The position numbers and the translations under genes are program-made. From the NCBI GenBank assembly GCA_036511855.1, contig DATCBN010000015.1, positions 1,566 through 65,565 of the forward strand: DNA of 64,000 nt, read 5' to 3'. This document shows positions 9,473 through 18,231 of this stretch, in pieces (the stretch's first letter is position 1; the number at the start of each line of letters is the position of its first letter). The DNA is from Candidatus Eremiobacteraceae bacterium (GTDB lineage Bacteria; Vulcanimicrobiota; Vulcanimicrobiia; Eremiobacterales; Eremiobacteraceae). The notes beneath the pieces were generated by a model. That model was not told the DNA's origin. It was given only the letters and a program-made list of their open reading frames with translations, and searched no databases.

Positions 9473-10624
9473 TCAGCGCAAGCTCTCCGCGATGTTGAGG
9501 ATGTCGCGTTGGCGCAGTTTCCCCGCCACCGCGAAGATGGTCCCGCCGCGCTGCCACACGACAACGCCGCCGACTCCGGTGTTGTCACCGATGCCGAGCC
9601 CGGCCACGCCGTGGACGGTCACCGGTTGACCAAATGCGCGATCGATCGGGATGAGCACGGGCATGGTGGTTTCCGGATCCCCGATCGCCCGGATCTCTGC
9701 CGCGAGCGCCGGCGAGATGCCGGGCTGGCGTAAGAGATAGTCCTCGATCTGAGCGACCGTCGCGCCGGTGGATTTCACCGTCGGAAGCGGAGCCTGTACG
9801 ATGATGAGCGGCGGCAGGTCGCCGCTATCGGCATTGCGCGCGCTCTGATGCCCGCGCGCGTCCTCGCCATGCGACGCAGATCGAACCGGCGGAAGGGTCG
9901 CACCGAACGCGATGATCACCGCGGGCCGCGTTGCAACTTCCAGCACCGCGCCGTCGAGCGAACGCGGCATAGCCAAGGCTATGCGCGACTGAGGCGGTGT
10001 GTTCGCCCACGCCTTTGCCGCGCTGAACGTGAATGCGGTATCGGAGCCGGAGGTGACGGCGTATCGCGCCGCGTGCGGCAGTTCTGCGGGAAGCCAGTGC
10101 GGCACTTCAACCGGAAAGCGGGCAAGCGCGGAAGCCTGCGAGGGGCCGGTCACTTCGCGCATATGCGGCGTGGTGCGCGCCACGACCGTGCCGAAGCTTC
10201 GCAAATCGGGCAACGTTCCAAGATCGGCGCGCGAGACCGGAACCGCGACAAACTGCTGCGGCTGGAAGATGGTGAGGAAACTTTGGGCGAGCGTACCGGC
10301 GGGAGTGAAGCCGAAGATGCCGGCGATCAGCGCGGCGGCAGCAGCCGACGCGAGCCATGGACCGTACGCGATCCGCCGCCGCACCTTACCTGTCCGCGCG
10401 CGCAACGCAGACCATGCCCTCGTCAAATCATCCGGCGCCGCCGCTTGTGACGAGTCGGAACCGGCCGCGCCCAAAACGCCGGCGGCAAACGCGGCGTCGG
10501 CACGGATCGCGTCCAGACGCGCGCCGCACGCGGGGCAAGATTCCAGGTGTGCGCGTTGCGCGTCGTCGAGTGCGTCGGGTTCGTCGCAAAAACGCCGGAG
10601 CGCGCCGTCGTCAGGATGGATCAT
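9473..10624 (-). CDS. anti-sigma factor (zf-HC2-like N-terminus, single TM, large extracytoplasmic domain)
   Basis: N-terminal 'HLESCPACGARLDAI' Cys/His motif, then TM 'WLASAAAALIAGIFGF'. Overlaps the ECF sigma gene stop by 14 nt. Confidence 0.7.
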   Translation of the reverse strand: MIHPDDGALRRFCDEPDALDDAQRAHLESCPACGARLDAIRADAAFAAGVLGAAGSDSSQAAAPDDLTRAWSALRARTGKVRRRIAYGPWLASAAAAALIAGIFGFTPAGTLAQSFLTIFQPQQFVAVPVSRADLGTLPDLRSFGTVVARTTPHMREVTGPSQASALARFPVEVPHWLPAELPHAARYAVTSGSDTAFTFSAAKAWANTPPQSRIALAMPRSLDGAVLEVATRPAVIIAFGATLPPVRSASHGEDARGHQSARNADSGDLPPLIIVQAPLPTVKSTGATVAQIEDYLLRQPGISPALAAEIRAIGDPETTMPVLIPIDRAFGQPVTVHGVAGLGIGDNTGVGGVVVWQRGGTIFAVAGKLRQRDILNIAESLR

Positions 10625-11198
10625 AGTCGAACTCCTTTTTCAGTGCGGCTTCGGCGCGTCGGAGCATGGTGCCGACCTGGCCGGAATCGACGCCGAGCGC
10701 GTTCGCCACTTCGGCGTACGACAGGCCGGCGTATCGTAACGCCAGCACGGTCGCATACCTTGGATTGATGCGGCCGAGCGCGCGGCGGACGGCGATGCGC
10801 CGCTCAACGGATTCGATGGTTTCCAAAGGATTGTCGTGGCGGGCGATCGCACGAGCGTCCGCTGCGTCGTCGAACTCCCGCCGTTCACGCCGCCTGCGCC
10901 CGCGGAGAGCGTTCAGGGCGGTATGGGCGGCGGCCGTGTACAGCCACTTCGCAGCGAAGGGCGAATCCGGAGCGTGCAAGCGATGAAACGAAACGAAGAC
11001 TTCTTGGGCGACGTCTTCGGCTGCGTGCGTGTCCGATAAGATCCGGCGCGCGATGCGTGCGACGTTGCTGTATTCCGCGCGGAAGAGCCGCTCGAACGCG
11101 TTGTCGCTCGATTCCGATGTCGATGTGGTCAGCGCGATACGTGCCGCAAATGCCAAAGACGCCTCCGCGATCTCGTGCCCGTCCGAAACGGATAGCAC
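10611..11198 (-). CDS. RNA polymerase sigma factor, ECF (sigma-70 family group 4)
   Basis: Region 2 'AEDVAQEVFVSFHR' and region 4 HTH 'LRYAGLSYAEVANALGVDSGQVGTMLRRA'. Size of 195 aa fits ECF sigma factors. Confidence 0.85.
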   Translation of the reverse strand: MLSVSDGHEIAEASLAFAARIALTTSTSESSDNAFERLFRAEYSNVARIARRILSDTHAAEDVAQEVFVSFHRLHAPDSPFAAKWLYTAAAHTALNALRGRRRRERREFDDAADARAIARHDNPLETIESVERRIAVRRALGRINPRYATVLALRYAGLSYAEVANALGVDSGQVGTMLRRAEAALKKEFDYDPS

Positions 11199-11328
11199 CG
11201 GACGCCGGCAGAATGTGGCAAGTGACTACTTTGCATGGCAAAGTTACTCCTGCTCGGGCGTGCGGGAGGTGGGTGACGGGGGTCGCCGGAAATTCGGGTT
11301 CCGGTCGATCCAAACCGAATACCCATCG

Positions 11329-11402
11329 GGCGACATAGCCAAGTGGTAAGGCAGGGCTCTGCAAAAGCCCGATCCCCAGTTCGACTCTGGGTGTCGCCTC
11401 CA
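11329..11402 (+). tRNA. tRNA-Cys (GCA), CCA encoded
   Basis: GGCGACA/TGTCGCC acceptor stem, GCC/GGC D stem, GGGCT-CTGCAAA-AGCCC anticodon arm (anticodon GCA), CCCAG-TTCGACT-CTGGG T arm, discriminator T plus CCA. Confidence 0.9.
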
Positions 11403-11450
11403 TCGAATATCGCCGGGGCCGCCACTTGACCCCGGTCTGCGATCCTCATA

Positions 11451-13619
11451 GTGCATCAAGCAACGGAGTTCATGGCGCGCGCGACGACACAAGACCGGCA
11501 GGCATCCGGCTCGCCGCTCGTCCAGCCGCTTCGCGAGCTGGCCGGCATAACGCCGGCGACGGCGGCTCTTTTCGAACGCATGGGAGTCGTGACCGTCGAC
11601 GACCTCATCCGTCACTATCCCTACCGGTACGACGATTTGCGTGAGGTGACGGCCATCGCCGGCCTGCGCAGCCTCGGTCCGGATCAAGTCGGCGAGCAGA
11701 ATGTCTGCGGCGTCATCCGGCAGTCCAAGCACGTGCGTCTTCGCGGGCGCGTCCGGTCGAAGACGAGCGCCGTGATCGACGACGGCACCGGACTTCTCGA
11801 AGCGACGTGGTTCGGACGCCCATATCTTGGCGCGCAGCTCAAAGCCGGCATGAAGATATTCGTCCGCGGTCGCGTCGAGGCGACGCTGACGGGAGCGCGC
11901 ATGGCGGTCGTACAGCATCGCGTCGTTCACGCCGAAGAAGCATTCGCGGGCGAGCTCGTCCCCGTTTATCCACAGACCGCCGGTTTGCGCAACTCTGTCA
12001 TCCGGCGGTTGGTGACAAGAGAGTTAGCGCGCGTTCTCGCCGACCCGCTCGCGGCGGACGAATTGGACCCGCTGCCTGCGCGCGTGAATGCCGCGCACAA
12101 GTTCAAGGACGCGCGCTTTGCTCTGCGCGCCATCCACGCACCGTCGTCTCCGGAAGAGGCCGCGGAAGCGCGCCGGAGGCTGGTCTTCGAAGAGTTCTTC
12201 CTGCTCGCAGCGCAAGCGGCGCTGCGGCGAGCGGCGCGCGCGAGCGAACGATCGCCGGATTTCGCCGCCGCGATGACGCCCAAAAAGCTGTCGCGGCTTG
12301 CGGCCGACCTCGACGCGTTTTTTCCATTCGCGTTGACGTCCGCGCAGCGGCGGTGCATCGCCGAACTGACGGAAGATATGTTGCGGCCGGCGCCTATGAA
12401 TCGGTTGCTCCAAGGTGATGTCGGATCGGGCAAGACAGCGGTGGCCGCCGCCGCGATTTTGCTTGCGGCGCGCGCGGGTTTTCAATCGGCGTTCATGGCC
12501 CCGACGGAGATCCTCGCGCTGCAGCACTTCCACAAGCTCAGCGCGCCGCTGCGGGCGGCAGGCGTCGAGAGCGCGCTGCTCGTCGGCGGCTTGAAGAAAC
12601 ACACTCGAGACGATCTTCTCGCACGGTTGCGCGGGCGGGAGATCGACCTCGTCGTCGGCACGCATGCGCTCTTGACCGATGACGTGGAATTCGGCGCGCT
12701 CGGACTCACCGTCATCGACGAGCAGCACCGCTTCGGCGTGCTGCAGCGCGCGGAATTGCGCTCGAAGGCCCGTGGCTACACGCCGCACACGCTGATCATG
12801 ACGGCGACTCCGATCCCGCGCACGCTCGCGCAGTCGCTCTACGCCGACCTTGACTTGAGCGTTGTCGACGAGCTGCCGCCAGGACGCACCGCGGTGAAGA
12901 CCTACGTCCGCGAAGCGGCGGACACGACGAAGATATTCGACTTTGTGAGAAAGCAAGTGGCGCTCGGCCGGCAGGCGTACATCGTCTGCCCGGCGATCGA
13001 CGACTCGGAACGAGCGCTGCATTCGGCCGTCGAACAAGCCGAGTCGCTGCGCAACGGCGATCTCAAGGGCTTGCGGGTCGCGCTCTTGCACGGCAAGATG
13101 ACCGGCAAGCAGAAAGACGAGATCATGCGCTTGCTCGGCGACGGATTCATCCAGGTGCTCATCTCGACGACGGTGGTGGAAGTCGGCGTCGATGTGCCGA
13201 ACGCTTCGGTGATGGTGGTCCTCGACGCCGACTACTACGGGTTGGCCCAGCTCCATCAACTGCGCGGGCGGGTCGGCCGCGGCGCCGCCAAATCGTATTG
13301 CATACTTGTGGCGTCCGAACGCGGCGAATCCGACTCGGCCCGGCTTGGCATTCTCGCGGCGACGAACGACGGCTTCGCCATCGCCGAAGAAGACTATCGC
13401 CTGCGCGGGAGCGGGGATGTCGCCGGCACCAGGCAACACGGCGCGCAAGAGTTCCGGCTTGCCAACCTTATCAGGGATCTGCCGGTCTTCGAACAAGCGA
13501 AGAAGGAGGCGGACGCTCTCGTGGCAGCCGATGCCGGCCTGGAAAAGCCAGAAAACGCAGGGCTCAAACGCGTCATCGACAGTCGCGAACGAACCCGCGG
13601 CCTGCGCTTCACGTCGTAA
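11451..13619 (+). CDS. recG: ATP-dependent DNA helicase RecG
   Basis: Wedge-domain region, helicase motif I 'GDVGSGKT', DEAH-type 'VIDEQHRFG', 'MTATPIPRT', motif VI 'QLRGRVGRG'. Start is GTG 11451 or ATG 11472. Confidence 0.9.
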   Translation: MHQATEFMARATTQDRQASGSPLVQPLRELAGITPATAALFERMGVVTVDDLIRHYPYRYDDLREVTAIAGLRSLGPDQVGEQNVCGVIRQSKHVRLRGRVRSKTSAVIDDGTGLLEATWFGRPYLGAQLKAGMKIFVRGRVEATLTGARMAVVQHRVVHAEEAFAGELVPVYPQTAGLRNSVIRRLVTRELARVLADPLAADELDPLPARVNAAHKFKDARFALRAIHAPSSPEEAAEARRRLVFEEFFLLAAQAALRRAARASERSPDFAAAMTPKKLSRLAADLDAFFPFALTSAQRRCIAELTEDMLRPAPMNRLLQGDVGSGKTAVAAAAILLAARAGFQSAFMAPTEILALQHFHKLSAPLRAAGVESALLVGGLKKHTRDDLLARLRGREIDLVVGTHALLTDDVEFGALGLTVIDEQHRFGVLQRAELRSKARGYTPHTLIMTATPIPRTLAQSLYADLDLSVVDELPPGRTAVKTYVREAADTTKIFDFVRKQVALGRQAYIVCPAIDDSERALHSAVEQAESLRNGDLKGLRVALLHGKMTGKQKDEIMRLLGDGFIQVLISTTVVEVGVDVPNASVMVVLDADYYGLAQLHQLRGRVGRGAAKSYCILVASERGESDSARLGILAATNDGFAIAEEDYRLRGSGDVAGTRQHGAQEFRLANLIRDLPVFEQAKKEADALVAADAGLEKPENAGLKRVIDSRERTRGLRFTS

Positions 13620-13620
13620 A

Positions 13621-14289
13621 ATGAACCCGGCGCCGGGCCGTCCAACTAAGGTCTCCATGCGTTTATCAGGCGGCGCCAAAGCGCGCCGGCCACTGCTCGC
13701 GCCGAAGGGCGTGCGGACGCGGCCGACGTCGGCGAAAGTTCGTGAAGCGCTCTTCGCGGTTTTGGGCAAGCGGATCGAAGAGGCGCGCGTGCTCGACCTC
13801 TTCGCCGGATCCGGCGCGCTCGGCCTTGAGGCGATGTCGCGCGGAGCGGGTTCCGTGGTCTTCGTCGACAACGACGCGGACGCGGTCATGGCAGTGCGGC
13901 GCAACGCCGTCCGCGTCATCGAAGAGAAAGATCGCTTCCGCATCATGCCGATGCTCGCCATACGCGCTCTGCGGGTGCTTCGCGGCACGTTCGACATCGT
14001 CTTAGTCGACCCGCCGTACGATCGCGGAGCGCGCGAAGAACTCGCCACGCTCATGCAACGCGGTCTGGTCGCGACCGACGGCGTCGTCGTCGTCGAACAC
14101 CGCACGGGCGAGGACGCGCCGCTGCCTGAATCGCTTAAGGTGCTCAAGTCGGCGAAATACGGCGACACCACGCTGACCTTCGCCGCCGTGCGGCCGGCGC
14201 GCGAATCATTGCCGGAGGATCGCGCGGCGGAAAGCGTGCTCGCCACGAAATCGCGCCAACCCGCGCGCCGCGAGAAGAGCCGCCGTTGA
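13621..14289 (+). CDS. rsmD: 16S rRNA (guanine966-N2)-methyltransferase RsmD
   Basis: 'RPTSAKVREALFAVLG', 'VLDLFAGSGALGLEAMSRGA', 'DIVLVDPPY'. ATG 13621 lies 1 nt after the recG stop (alternative ATG 13657). The track ORF start at 13306 overlaps recG. Confidence 0.85.
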   Translation: MNPAPGRPTKVSMRLSGGAKARRPLLAPKGVRTRPTSAKVREALFAVLGKRIEEARVLDLFAGSGALGLEAMSRGAGSVVFVDNDADAVMAVRRNAVRVIEEKDRFRIMPMLAIRALRVLRGTFDIVLVDPPYDRGAREELATLMQRGLVATDGVVVVEHRTGEDAPLPESLKVLKSAKYGDTTLTFAAVRPARESLPEDRAAESVLATKSRQPARREKSRR

Positions 14290-14849
14290 AACCCGTACTA
14301 GGGCAAGCCGTACTAGGGCAAGCAACGCTTGCCCAACCGGACGCCCAGCCGGACGCCCAACCCGGTGGCCTCGTCGTCTACCCCGGCAGCTTCGACCCGA
14401 TGACAAACGGCCATCTCGACGTCGCGCGCCGGGCGGCCCGGAATTTCTCGCGATTGGTGGTCGCCGTCGTCTCCAACCCGAACAAACGCCCGATGTTCGC
14501 GCTAGCCGAACGTGTGGAAATGCTGCGCGAGGCCTGCGCCGACCTCGCTAACGTCGAAGTCGACGCCTTCGACGGCTTGCTTGTGGAGTACGTCAGGCGC
14601 CGGGGCGCGAGCTTGATCGTAAAGGGTCTGCGGATCGTCGCGGATTTCGAGGGCGAATTCACCATGGCGCTCCTCAATCGCAAATTGGCAGGTCACGTCG
14701 ACACGATGTTTCTGCCGGCCAGCGTCGAATATGCCTATGTGTCGTCGTCGAGTGTCCGCGAGATCTTCGCGCTGGGCGGCGATGTCTCGGAATTCGTGCC
14801 GCCATCGGTGCTGCGCGCCATGGCCCGTCTGCGGGGGAAGGTCTCATGA
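14286..14849 (+). CDS. coaD: phosphopantetheine adenylyltransferase CoaD with REP-derived N-terminal extension
   Basis: 'VYPGSFDPMTNGHLDV' (T/HxGH) and 'ISSTLVRE-like SSSVREI' motifs. The only in-frame ATG/GTG/TTG upstream of the GSFDP motif is TTG 14286, which overlaps the rsmD stop as TTGA. Confidence 0.85.
   Translation: MKPVLGQAVLGQATLAQPDAQPDAQPGGLVVYPGSFDPMTNGHLDVARRAARNFSRLVVAVVSNPNKRPMFALAERVEMLREACADLANVEVDAFDGLLVEYVRRRGASLIVKGLRIVADFEGEFTMALLNRKLAGHVDTMFLPASVEYAYVSSSSVREIFALGGDVSEFVPPSVLRAMARLRGKVS
14295..14334. repeat. REP-like element: partial copy plus full hairpin GGGCAAGC-AAC-GCTTGCCC
   Basis: GTACTAGGGCAAGC (14295-14308) is duplicated as CGTACTAGGGCAAGCAACGCTTGCCC (14309-34), followed by the tandem CCGGACGCCCA(G/A) x2 at 14337-14360. 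Confidence 0.85.
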
Positions 14850-15334
14850 GCGTTTATCGCGTGATCGACAAGATGGAAGCCGGCGTCAAAGGCGGCGTTT
14901 GGCTGCCGTTCGGCTATCGCGTCATCGGGTGCGATCAGATGCTAGACCTTATCGAGAAACTGCGATCGAGTCTACCCGAAGAGGTCAGCACTGCCAAAGC
15001 CGTCACCAAAGAGAAAGACCGGCTGCTCTCACAGGCGAAAGAAGATGCGGATAAGATCCGCGCCGACGCCACGTTCGAGAAGACAAAGGCGCTCTCCGAC
15101 GCGGAGCTCGTCCGCCAAGCTCAGTCAAGTGCGGACGCCATCGTCGCAGAAGCCGAGACGCGCGCGCGCGAGATCAGGCGTGGCGCCGATGAATACGCCG
15201 ATCAGCTTCTCGCCGGGCTCGATGCCACGTTGAGCAATGCACGCGGCGCGGTCCAGAAGGGGCGTCAGACGTTGGCCGATGGCCTGACAAGCGCGGCCAA
15301 CGGGCGCGTTCGCACAAGAGAGCGCCAAGAATAA
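14846..15334 (+). CDS. hypothetical coiled-coil protein
   Basis: ATGA overlap with coaD. Ala/Glu/Lys-rich helical middle part. Conserved position between coaD and the PDZ/Lon-like gene. No family recognised. Confidence 0.6.
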   Translation: MSVYRVIDKMEAGVKGGVWLPFGYRVIGCDQMLDLIEKLRSSLPEEVSTAKAVTKEKDRLLSQAKEDADKIRADATFEKTKALSDAELVRQAQSSADAIVAEAETRAREIRRGADEYADQLLAGLDATLSNARGAVQKGRQTLADGLTSAANGRVRTRERQE

Positions 15335-15343
15335 GAGGGACGC

Positions 15344-16333
15344 TTGTCCGGCACCACAACGTTTCGGAACTACTTCCGGACGCTCGTTCTCATCGTGTTG
15401 ACGCTTGCGGTCGCGTTTGTCGGCTGGTACCCCATTCCGTTCTTCATCTACGGTCCGGGCGACGCCGTGAATCTCAATACCGCGATCGTCGTGCCGAAGA
15501 AGACGCCACCGTCCGGCGCGCTCTTCCTCACCGACATCAAGCTTTGGCCCGGCCGTCCGGCGTTTTACGCGATAGCGAAGATGTTCCCGGGATATGAGAT
15601 CGTGCCTCGCGAGCAGCTCGTTCCGAAGAACGTCACCGACAAACAGCTGAATGTGCAGCTCGTCGACGCGATGACCGAAAGTCAATTGAACGCGCAAGTC
15701 GTAGCCGAACGTGCGGCCGGGCTTCCGGTCAAAGTATCCATCGCGTACATCGTCAGGGGCACCAAACAGAATTCGCCCGGGGCACGATGCTTCAAATCGG
15801 GCGACGCGATCGTCGCGGTGGACGGCAAACGATTCGGCGCCGACGAGGATCTCGTGCGCATGGCGTCCTCCCACCCGCCCGGCACAAGATTCGCGCTCAC
15901 GGTCGAGCGCGGCACGAAGAGCATCGCCGTCGCATGCTCTACGTACATGTACCAGAAAAAGGCGAGATTCGGCATCTTGATCCAAGCGCAGACGCGCGCG
16001 TTCCGCCTGCCCGTGCCGATCACATACAAATTGCCCGACATCAACGGCTCGTCGGCCGGGCTCATGTTCGCGCTGCAGATATACCGCACGCTCACCGGCG
16101 CAGACATCACGCGCGGCCGGAACATCGCCGGCACCGGCGTGCTGGCGGCCGATGGCAGCGTGTCTCCGATAGCCGGCACGCGCGAAAAGATCGAAGCGGC
16201 GATCCGCGCCCATGCCGCGGTGTTCCTCGTTCCCGCCGACAACTATAGCGAAGTCGCGGGCACGAAAGGAATCGAAGTCATTCCAGTGCACTCGTTCAGC
16301 GAAGCGTTGCGCGCCCTTACGGCAAAGCGATGA
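15344..16333 (+). CDS. PDZ domain + Lon-protease-C-terminal (S16) domain protein, YlbL/SdrC-like
   Basis: N-terminal TM, PDZ 'FKSGDAIVAVDGKRF', Lon-like Ser site 'INGSSAGLMFAL' and 'IAGTGVLAADGSVSPIAGTREKIEAA'. TTG start. Confidence 0.8.
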   Translation: MSGTTTFRNYFRTLVLIVLTLAVAFVGWYPIPFFIYGPGDAVNLNTAIVVPKKTPPSGALFLTDIKLWPGRPAFYAIAKMFPGYEIVPREQLVPKNVTDKQLNVQLVDAMTESQLNAQVVAERAAGLPVKVSIAYIVRGTKQNSPGARCFKSGDAIVAVDGKRFGADEDLVRMASSHPPGTRFALTVERGTKSIAVACSTYMYQKKARFGILIQAQTRAFRLPVPITYKLPDINGSSAGLMFALQIYRTLTGADITRGRNIAGTGVLAADGSVSPIAGTREKIEAAIRAHAAVFLVPADNYSEVAGTKGIEVIPVHSFSEALRALTAKR

Positions 16334-16836
16334 AGCTACCCGTCACCCGGCTCTTCGGTTCCGATCCCGAGCCGATCGATGTCAATTGCGTCGTCGCGCC
16401 TGCAGGCGGCCTCGAAGATCGCTATCCGGACGGCGTCACGTTGCGGGCCGAGATCCGCCACATCTCGCACGGCGTCTTCATCGAGGGAACGATAAGCGGA
16501 CGAGAGAGCGAGACGTGCGCACGCTGCCTCGAACCCTTTTCCCGCAATGTCGACGTGGCGGTGGCAGAAGCGTATAGCGAAGACGTTCCCGAACGCGACG
16601 CACTCATCTCCGATGTCGCTCCCCTCGTGAACCGGGAGATAGACGTCGACGAACTCGTCAGTCAGCTCTTGGAAGTGGACGAGCCGATCGCCGCCGTCTG
16701 CGACCCCCGCTGCCGGGGCATCTGCCCCATCTGCGGCGGCAACCGAAACGTCCTGTCGTGCGCGTGCTCGGAAGCTACCATAGACCCACGGCTGGCAGGC
16801 CTGGCCCGTCTCCTAGAAGAACGCGGGACGGACTGA
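16330..16836 (+). CDS. YceD/DUF177 family protein
   Basis: ATGA overlap with the upstream gene. C-terminal Cys cluster 'CDPRCRGICPICGGNRNVLSCAC'. Classic position immediately upstream of rpmF. Confidence 0.8.
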   Translation: MKLPVTRLFGSDPEPIDVNCVVAPAGGLEDRYPDGVTLRAEIRHISHGVFIEGTISGRESETCARCLEPFSRNVDVAVAEAYSEDVPERDALISDVAPLVNREIDVDELVSQLLEVDEPIAAVCDPRCRGICPICGGNRNVLSCACSEATIDPRLAGLARLLEERGTD

Positions 16837-16861
16837 TTTAATCATCTCAATTACTGTAATA

Positions 16862-16911
16862 GGGCAAGCACCGCTTGCCCAAAACCGGATGCGGGCAAGC
16901 GTAGCTTGCCC
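16862..16911. repeat. REP-like hairpin pair in inverted orientation
   Basis: GGGCAAGC-ACC-GCTTGCCC (16862-80, head GTAATA on the left) and GGGCAAGC-GTA-GCTTGCCC (16893-911, TAATAC on the right). Confidence 0.85.
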
Positions 16912-16934
16912 TAATACACGATAGGAAGCCAATA

Positions 16935-17153
16935 ATGGCCAACCCAAAGCAACGACGAAGCAAGTCGAATACGCGTTCGCGGCGCGCCAACTGGAAGACC
17001 ACCGCGCCGACCATGTCCACATGCCCGCAGTGCAAGCAACCGCGCCGGCCGCATTTCGCGTGCGCCAATTGCGGTTTCTACGACGGACGGCAAGCGATCG
17101 CGCAGAAGGACGCGGCTCCGGCCGCATCGAGTTCGAAGACGGCGCAGGGCTGA
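16935..17153 (+). CDS. rpmF: 50S ribosomal protein L32 (with ~15 aa C-terminal extension)
   Basis: 'MANPKQRRSKSNTRSRRANWK' and zinc-ribbon 'CPQCKQPRRPHFACANCGFY'. Confidence 0.9.
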   Translation: MANPKQRRSKSNTRSRRANWKTTAPTMSTCPQCKQPRRPHFACANCGFYDGRQAIAQKDAAPAASSSKTAQG

Positions 17154-17163
17154 TCACCGCGCG

Positions 17164-18222
17164 ATGAACGGGTACGGTGTGACCATTGCCGGCATCGGAC
17201 GATACGCTCCGGCCGGCATTCTGAGCAACGCCGATCTCGAAAAGCTGGTCGACACCAACGACGAATGGATCTTACAGCGAACGGGCATGAAGCGCCGCCA
17301 TATCGCTGCGCCCGAGCAAGCCACATCCGATCTCGCCTACCCCGCGGCGCTCGCCGCATTGGACGCGGCCGGGCGTTCGCCGCGCGACATCGGGTGCGTC
17401 ATCGTCGCGACCGCTACGCCGGACTACTTGTTTCCCGCCACCGCGTGCCTCGTGGCGACGCGACTCGGGATCCCCGGCACGCCGGCATTCGACATATCGA
17501 TCGCCTGCTCCGGATTCATCTACGGCCTGACCACCGCCGCATCGCTCATCCGCTCCGGCGTGTTCAAATCGATTTTGCTGATCGGCGCCGAAACGTTGTC
17601 GAAGATCGTCGATTATACGGATCGTTCGACGTGCGTCTTATTCGGCGACGGCGCCGGCGCAGCGCTGCTCGAGCGCGCTGACGAAGACTGTTTCCTCGGC
17701 GCCGATCTCGGCGCGGACGGAGCGGATCCCACGGTGCTGTATCTGCCGGGCGGCGGGAGCCGGCTGCCGTTCAACACCAATGGCAAAGCGGACCGGAGCG
17801 CGGGCTTCGTGCAGATGCAAGGTCAAGCGGTGTTCAAGTTCGCGGTCAACATGATGGCGCAAGCGTCGCGCAACGCCCTAAATCGCGCGGGCCTCACGCC
17901 GCACGACGTCGACTTCCTGGTGCCGCACCAGGCGAACTCCCGGATCATCGACGCCACTGTGAAAATGCTCAAACTGCCGCCCGAGAAGTGCATCACGAAC
18001 ATCCAAGAATACGGCAACACATCATCGGCGTCGATACCTCTCGCGCTGTGCGACGCGGTTCTCAACGGCCAGATAAAGGACGGAAATGTCGTGGTCTTCG
18101 CAGCGTTCGGCGGCGGGCTTTCGTGGGGCGCCGTGGCCTGGCGCTGGCGCGGCGCGCGCGTGGGCGCACTTCCGCCAGAGTTCGTCGCGGCCGACCGGCC
18201 CGCGCACTTCGCGATAGCGTAA
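17164..18222 (+). CDS. fabH: beta-ketoacyl-ACP synthase III
   Basis: 'DTNDEWILQRTGMKRRH', active-site 'ACSGFIYGL', 'VPHQANSRI', 'YGNTSSASIPLAL'. Confidence 0.9.
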   Translation: MNGYGVTIAGIGRYAPAGILSNADLEKLVDTNDEWILQRTGMKRRHIAAPEQATSDLAYPAALAALDAAGRSPRDIGCVIVATATPDYLFPATACLVATRLGIPGTPAFDISIACSGFIYGLTTAASLIRSGVFKSILLIGAETLSKIVDYTDRSTCVLFGDGAGAALLERADEDCFLGADLGADGADPTVLYLPGGGSRLPFNTNGKADRSAGFVQMQGQAVFKFAVNMMAQASRNALNRAGLTPHDVDFLVPHQANSRIIDATVKMLKLPPEKCITNIQEYGNTSSASIPLALCDAVLNGQIKDGNVVVFAAFGGGLSWGAVAWRWRGARVGALPPEFVAADRPAHFAIA

Positions 18223-18231
18223 GCGTCGATC

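Noticed and set aside
12024-14246. 740-aa ORF on the minus strand opposite recG/rsmD
   Set aside because: Arg/Ala/Ser-rich with no recognisable motifs. It lies entirely antisense to two genes with strong family signatures, which is a typical GC-rich shadow ORF.
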